A stretch of DNA of 64,000 bases from an uncultured Desulfospira sp. (GTDB lineage Bacteria; Desulfobacterota; Desulfobacteria; Desulfobacterales; Desulfobacteraceae): the NCBI GenBank assembly GCA_963663165.1, contig OY760175.1:1216001-1280000 (forward strand), given 5' to 3'. The notes beneath the pieces were generated by a model. That model saw only the letters and a list, made by a program, of their open reading frames with translations. It made no database searches and was not told the DNA's origin. The translations under genes were made by a program, and so were the position numbers. How positions within the stretch are numbered: the stretch's first letter is position 1; each line of letters begins with the position of its first letter. Below are positions 59,672 to 64,000 of the stretch, piece after piece.

Positions 59672-60910
59672 TTATGCTTTCTTAAAAAGCAGAACTGAAA
59701 TCATGAGGTTTCCGTGGCGATTTCCGCCATTGAGAAAACAGCCCTGTTCACCATAGGTAAAGGTCCCGAGAAAAGGGGTATCCGGCAGGGCCGCCCGGAT
59801 ACTGTCCACCACCTCTTCGAGACGGTCATGAACGGTGAGCATGCAGCCGGCACAATACACCACCAGGGCGCCGGCAACCTCCTCAGGCGATGACAGATAG
59901 GTATCAATGGCAGACGTGGCAACCCGGCCGGCCCGGGCGATGAGGCTGTCCACCGTTCCCCGCATCAGAACCACTTCATCTCCGGTATTGATGTCGGAAA
60001 AAAGGGTCAACTCTCCCCGGGGCGTCACAGAATCCGGATGACTGAGCTGAAAATAAGGGATATCGCCAATGTGGCCAGCCACCCGCCCAAGGGGATTTAA
60101 GCTGGTTTGCGAAAGGATTTTACCGCCCGAGGCAAGTTGATCTTTAATGATGCCGCCCGTCCATTCATTATATGTATGTGCCGCGGGGCGGCCATCAATT
60201 TCAGACAGCGTCCGCCGGCCTGTCTGGGTGGCGATTCCTTTTTTCTGCGTCGCTTCATACCCGCCGGCTTTGGTGATAAGCCCTTTTACATCGGTTGGTT
60301 CATAACCGCTGTGAAAGCAGAACATCACCTCAGAAGACGGGAACAGGGTGGTAACCACCACCCCGTTGGTATAAACGGAATGGTTATCAAACTGCTTCCA
60401 TGAACCGTCTAATGCATTATCCGCAGAACTGCCCCCCGCCACCGGGACATCATCGCCAAAGATATTGGCGATGCCGTGGAGAAGCGCCTCTTCACATCCA
60501 GGCGCCGAGGACAACCAGACCATGGCCGGGACTTCACCCGGGCAGTCGGCATTGGCCAGGGCCTGGTTGACGGCTGTTTCAGCCGCCCGGAGCGGGTTAT
60601 CGCCAATGGATGCCGCCCCGACGCCAAACCCGCCCTGGGGATCAGCGATCCCAAGCATGGCCAGCCCCTCATTATTTTCAGATGCAACCCCCCTTTGGGT
60701 CATTACACCGGCACATGATGTACTGCCGTGAATGGCAACATTTGGGGTTAATTCAAGCACAATGTCAACGATACAAGAGATGTCATAGCCAATGGAACAG
60801 TATACAAAAAGCAAATCCGGGGCTGTATCCAGCTCACGCATCAGCTGACGGTAGATTTCTTTTATGGCTTCAGGCTGTATTTTGGTGGTGGACGCTGAGG
60901 CAATTTTCAT
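59672..60910 (-). CDS. FIST-domain sensory protein (NosP-like)
   Basis: VAGGSSAD, EIDGRPA, CAGC and GTFTYGEQG...HGNLM. Confidence 0.88.
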   Translation of the reverse strand: MKIASASTTKIQPEAIKEIYRQLMRELDTAPDLLFVYCSIGYDISCIVDIVLELTPNVAIHGSTSCAGVMTQRGVASENNEGLAMLGIADPQGGFGVGAASIGDNPLRAAETAVNQALANADCPGEVPAMVWLSSAPGCEEALLHGIANIFGDDVPVAGGSSADNALDGSWKQFDNHSVYTNGVVVTTLFPSSEVMFCFHSGYEPTDVKGLITKAGGYEATQKKGIATQTGRRTLSEIDGRPAAHTYNEWTGGIIKDQLASGGKILSQTSLNPLGRVAGHIGDIPYFQLSHPDSVTPRGELTLFSDINTGDEVVLMRGTVDSLIARAGRVATSAIDTYLSSPEEVAGALVVYCAGCMLTVHDRLEEVVDSIRAALPDTPFLGTFTYGEQGCFLNGGNRHGNLMISVLLFKKA

Positions 60911-61391
60911 TCCGGCCTCCCTGAAAAATATAGTATAGAACTGTCATCACGGGCACGCTAAACACGATGTAAATTAGACGATAAATAAATCCTACCATAT
61001 GTTTTACACAATTTCCATACCTGCAAATCTTGCCCGCAGGGCAATCGCATGTAAAAAAAACAATCCATCCTGGAATAGGAAATACGGATAATCCAATAAA
61101 ATGTAATGGAGACCGGAAACCGGAAGAAGGGAGACCGGAATGCATCCTCCAAGGGAATCCAGCATCCGGCATCTATCGTTCCATTTTGGGTCAATGATAG
61201 GTAGGAGCGGGCCATGCCCTCCCGCTCAAACCAGGGAACTTGATGGTTTCGGTCTCCTGTCTCCCTTCCTCCGGTCTACGTTTTTTACATCCATATCCTT
61301 ATCCTCAAAATCGGCATCACCGGCAGGCAAGTTACATACGATCACCCCAATTACATGGTTGAAGGGACTTTGCCGCCCTGTGTTCACGTTT

Positions 61392-63599
61392 TCAGTTGAC
61401 GGGCTTTTTCTTGATCTGGTTGATTAAATTTACCAGGCGCCGGTCGGTCTGGTGAAGCCGGTTGGCCAGGACCGTGAACAGGTGTTTGGCCACTTCCGGG
61501 TATTTTTCGATGATTTCCCCTAACTTGTCGCCGGGAAACCGCTTAATCTTTGAGCGGCCTTTGGAAATGATGGACGCAGAGCGCGGTTCCCCGGTAATGG
61601 CGGCCATTTCCCCGAAATAATCGCCGGGTTGGGTGATTTCGGCTATTTTTTTGCCGCCCTTGACCACGTAGAGGGCCCCGTGGACCAGTTTGAAAAAATC
61701 AATATCGGTATTGCCCTCCCGGATAATCACATCCTTATCTTCGTATTCCTCTATATCCGGATTCACCAGGTAGGCGGGCAAGGATTCTTTGGTGATGGTG
61801 GTTTTCTTTAGGACCTCTTCCAGTGAGGTTTCCGTTTGCCGGATCTTTTGAAGGCCGGCATCCCTCAGGGTCACCATGCCCTCGGATATGGCGACTTTGC
61901 GAAGCTGGTCTTCGGGGACCTCGGCGCTGATGGCCTTGGCCACCTCGTCGGTCACCTCCATGAGTTCGTAAAGCCCGACCCGGCCCTTGTACCCGGTGCC
62001 GTTGCAGTGGGGACACCCGTTGGGGCCGTAAATTTCAACGGAATCCACTTCGTTTTTGTCAAACCCGTAAAGCTCAAGGTCCTGGGGGTTATGACCGGTC
62101 ACCCGTTGTTTGCACTCCGGGCACAGCCGGCGGGCCAGGCGCTGGGACAAGACCATGGTAACGGCCGAGGCCAGCATGTAGGGCGGAATGCCGATATCCA
62201 CCAGACGGCCGATGGTGGAGGGGCAGTCATTGGTGTGCAACGTGGCAAACACCAGATGGCCTGTCATGGCGGCCTTGATGGCAATCTCCGCCGTGCCGAT
62301 ATCCCGGATCTCGCCCACCATGATGATATCCGGGTCCTGGCGCAAAAAGGCCTTGAGGGCGGCGGCAAAGGTCATGCCCACTTCATCTTTGACCGGCACC
62401 TGGTTGATGCCCTTGAAGTTGAACTCTACCGGGTCTTCTGCGGTCAGGATCTTGATGTCGTCTTTGTTGAGCCGGTTGAGAAGAGAGTACAGGGTAGTGG
62501 TTTTCCCTGACCCGGTAGGGCCTGTGACCAGCAGCAGCCCGTATGGCCTTGAAATACACCGTTTGAGCATATCAAAGGTGGACGACTCAAACCCGAGCCG
62601 GGTTAAGTCAATGCTCAGGGCGCTCTGATCCAGGATACGCATGACAATGCTTTCGCCAAACAGGGTGGGCAGGGTAGACACCCGGAAATCCACCGACTTT
62701 CTTTTGCCCAGCCGCAGCTTGATCCGGCCGTCCTGGGGCACCCTGCGCTCAGCAATGTCCAGCTGGGCCAAAATTTTGATACGGGAAACAACGGCGTTTT
62801 TGATGGTCACCGGCAGGTTCATGGCCTTGTACATGGAGCCGTCCAGGCGGTACCGGACCTGAAAGGACTTTTCAAAGGGCTCAATATGAATGTCCGATAC
62901 CCCGTCGTTAATGGCCTTGGTTAAAATCCCGTTGACTAGCTTGATGATGGGTGCATCCGAGGCCATGAACTCGTCTTTGTCATCATCCCGGTCGGCGTGG
63001 GCCACCTCAACTTCCTCGGCCGCCTCGGATACCAGGCTGCCAAAGTCTTCTACTGCCGTGACCGGGACGTCTTCTTCAACGTCCTCTTCAAAATAAAGAA
63101 AGGTTTTATACTCTTCATCACTGATTTTATAAAAATCCCGGTAGGCCTGGATAATATCGTTTTCCGTGGACACAAACACATTGATGTTCTTGCCCGTAAC
63201 TTTGGTGAGTTCTTCCACAAGGGTGGTGTCTGTGGGTTCTGCCATGGCCACGGACAGGCTGTCCCCGGACAGTTTAAGGGGGAAAACCATCCGGGTTTTG
63301 GCCTGTTCAAAGGGGAGGGCCTTCATGGCTTCAGGCTGGGGCTTGATCTCGGAAAAGCGGATCACATTATAGTTGTAGAGCCGCCCTAAAACATTCACAA
63401 TGGTGTCCGGGTCAATATACCCTTTGTTGAGCAGAATGGAAGACAGCCGCTCCTGGGTTTTTTTATGAACGGCCAAGGCTTCGTCCAGCTGAATACTGGT
63501 AATCTGTCCTTCTTTTGAGAGAATCTCCCCGATCTTGACTTTTCCGGCCCCGGACTGATCCTTGATGGTTGCTTTAAGGCTTGAACCTGATTTTGCCAT
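61392..63599 (-). CDS. pilB: Type IV pilus assembly ATPase PilB with C-terminal cNMP-binding domain
   Basis: Walker A GPTGSGKTT, LRQDPDIIMVGEIRD, His box and tetracysteine motif; C-terminal GDYFGEMA...PRSAS. Confidence 0.92.
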   Translation of the reverse strand: MAKSGSSLKATIKDQSGAGKVKIGEILSKEGQITSIQLDEALAVHKKTQERLSSILLNKGYIDPDTIVNVLGRLYNYNVIRFSEIKPQPEAMKALPFEQAKTRMVFPLKLSGDSLSVAMAEPTDTTLVEELTKVTGKNINVFVSTENDIIQAYRDFYKISDEEYKTFLYFEEDVEEDVPVTAVEDFGSLVSEAAEEVEVAHADRDDDKDEFMASDAPIIKLVNGILTKAINDGVSDIHIEPFEKSFQVRYRLDGSMYKAMNLPVTIKNAVVSRIKILAQLDIAERRVPQDGRIKLRLGKRKSVDFRVSTLPTLFGESIVMRILDQSALSIDLTRLGFESSTFDMLKRCISRPYGLLLVTGPTGSGKTTTLYSLLNRLNKDDIKILTAEDPVEFNFKGINQVPVKDEVGMTFAAALKAFLRQDPDIIMVGEIRDIGTAEIAIKAAMTGHLVFATLHTNDCPSTIGRLVDIGIPPYMLASAVTMVLSQRLARRLCPECKQRVTGHNPQDLELYGFDKNEVDSVEIYGPNGCPHCNGTGYKGRVGLYELMEVTDEVAKAISAEVPEDQLRKVAISEGMVTLRDAGLQKIRQTETSLEEVLKKTTITKESLPAYLVNPDIEEYEDKDVIIREGNTDIDFFKLVHGALYVVKGGKKIAEITQPGDYFGEMAAITGEPRSASIISKGRSKIKRFPGDKLGEIIEKYPEVAKHLFTVLANRLHQTDRRLVNLINQIKKKPVN

Positions 63600-63615
63600 T
63601 TACCTTATGTTCCAA

Positions 63616-63831
63616 CTATAGTGATTTGCGATTTTTATACACCCTGATACCGCCGGCCAGAACCAGCATGCCGCCCAGAATATAAAAACAGATTTTTACA
63701 AGAAGCATTTTCTGGCTGAAAAATTCGATTTGGGCGATCTGGGGCGTCACCTGAGGAATCCGATAGAATACGCCTAATCCAACGGCAATCAGCAGAATAC
63801 CATAATAAAACGCCAGTTTTTTTTTGTCCAT
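63616..63831 (-). CDS. Small membrane hypothetical protein
   Basis: 71 aa with two TM segments, in an apparent operon upstream of pilB. Confidence 0.7.
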   Translation of the reverse strand: MDKKKLAFYYGILLIAVGLGVFYRIPQVTPQIAQIEFFSQKMLLVKICFYILGGMLVLAGGIRVYKNRKSL

Positions 63832-63837
63832 CTTAAA

Positions 63838-64000
63838 CTATTCCTCCTCCAGGGCCGCCAGTTGTTCATCAAATTCCCGGGCCCTGGTATCCATTTCGTC
63901 CATGTGGATTTCCAATTCTTCAAATAAAGACTCCACCGCTGCTTCAAGGGCGGCAAGTTCCTTTGACAGGTCCTGGATGGCTTTCACATCCTGGCTGGTG
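63838..64000 (-). CDS. 3' end of a coiled-coil protein (possibly ABC-F ATPase C-terminus), partial
   Basis: Manual translation gives ...TSQDVKAIQDLSKELAALEAAVESLFEELEIHMDEMDTRAREFDEQLAALEEE*. Confidence 0.55.
   Translation of the reverse strand, partial: TSQDVKAIQDLSKELAALEAAVESLFEELEIHMDEMDTRAREFDEQLAALEEE

Noticed and set aside
60911..61391. c-di-GMP riboswitch upstream of the FIST-DGC genes
   Set aside because: I could not find the conserved class I or class II motifs. Only short gaccggaa-type inverted and heptamer repeats are present, as also at about 56190-56250 and 56885-56945.

Overview
About 56 kb of this window is an accessory island ending at a minus-strand tRNA-Leu(TAA) at 55973-56060. 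It is followed by about 8 kb of core-type genes: maf, yggS, queH, a FIST protein plus diguanylate cyclase, and pilB. The gene content suggests a sulfate-reducing deltaproteobacterium (Desulfobacteraceae-like; inference). The island is a large polymorphic Rhs/YD toxin array. It holds one giant, 5'-partial FN3/Ig-stalked Rhs gene and three very long 5'-truncated paralogues. It also holds several short orphan fragments, at least 7 different C-terminal toxin tips (one a phospholipase A2), and a small AT-rich membrane-protein gene after each tip. The array is interrupted by five IS elements (IS4, IS1380, a two-gene Mutator-like IS, ISAzo13 and IS3) and by a TG...CA Mu-type transposon carrying a RepB-type primase. 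It also contains a decayed XRE/primase/Xer-recombinase/Fic element with a dif-like site, an Rpn pseudogene and two toxin-antitoxin pairs. The most striking unexplained structure is non-coding. Every toxin-immunity cassette ends at a GGGGTC-core site, many with stuttered partial copies of their own 5' flank. A 133-bp double-ended unit of this kind occurs four times with different Rhs fragments joined to it. One site leads into an N-terminus (MARLQRI) resembling a Y1/HUH (RAYT-like) transposase. I hypothesise a non-integron cassette-shuffling system for Rhs toxins. All family assignments come from motif recognition by eye; no database searches were run.
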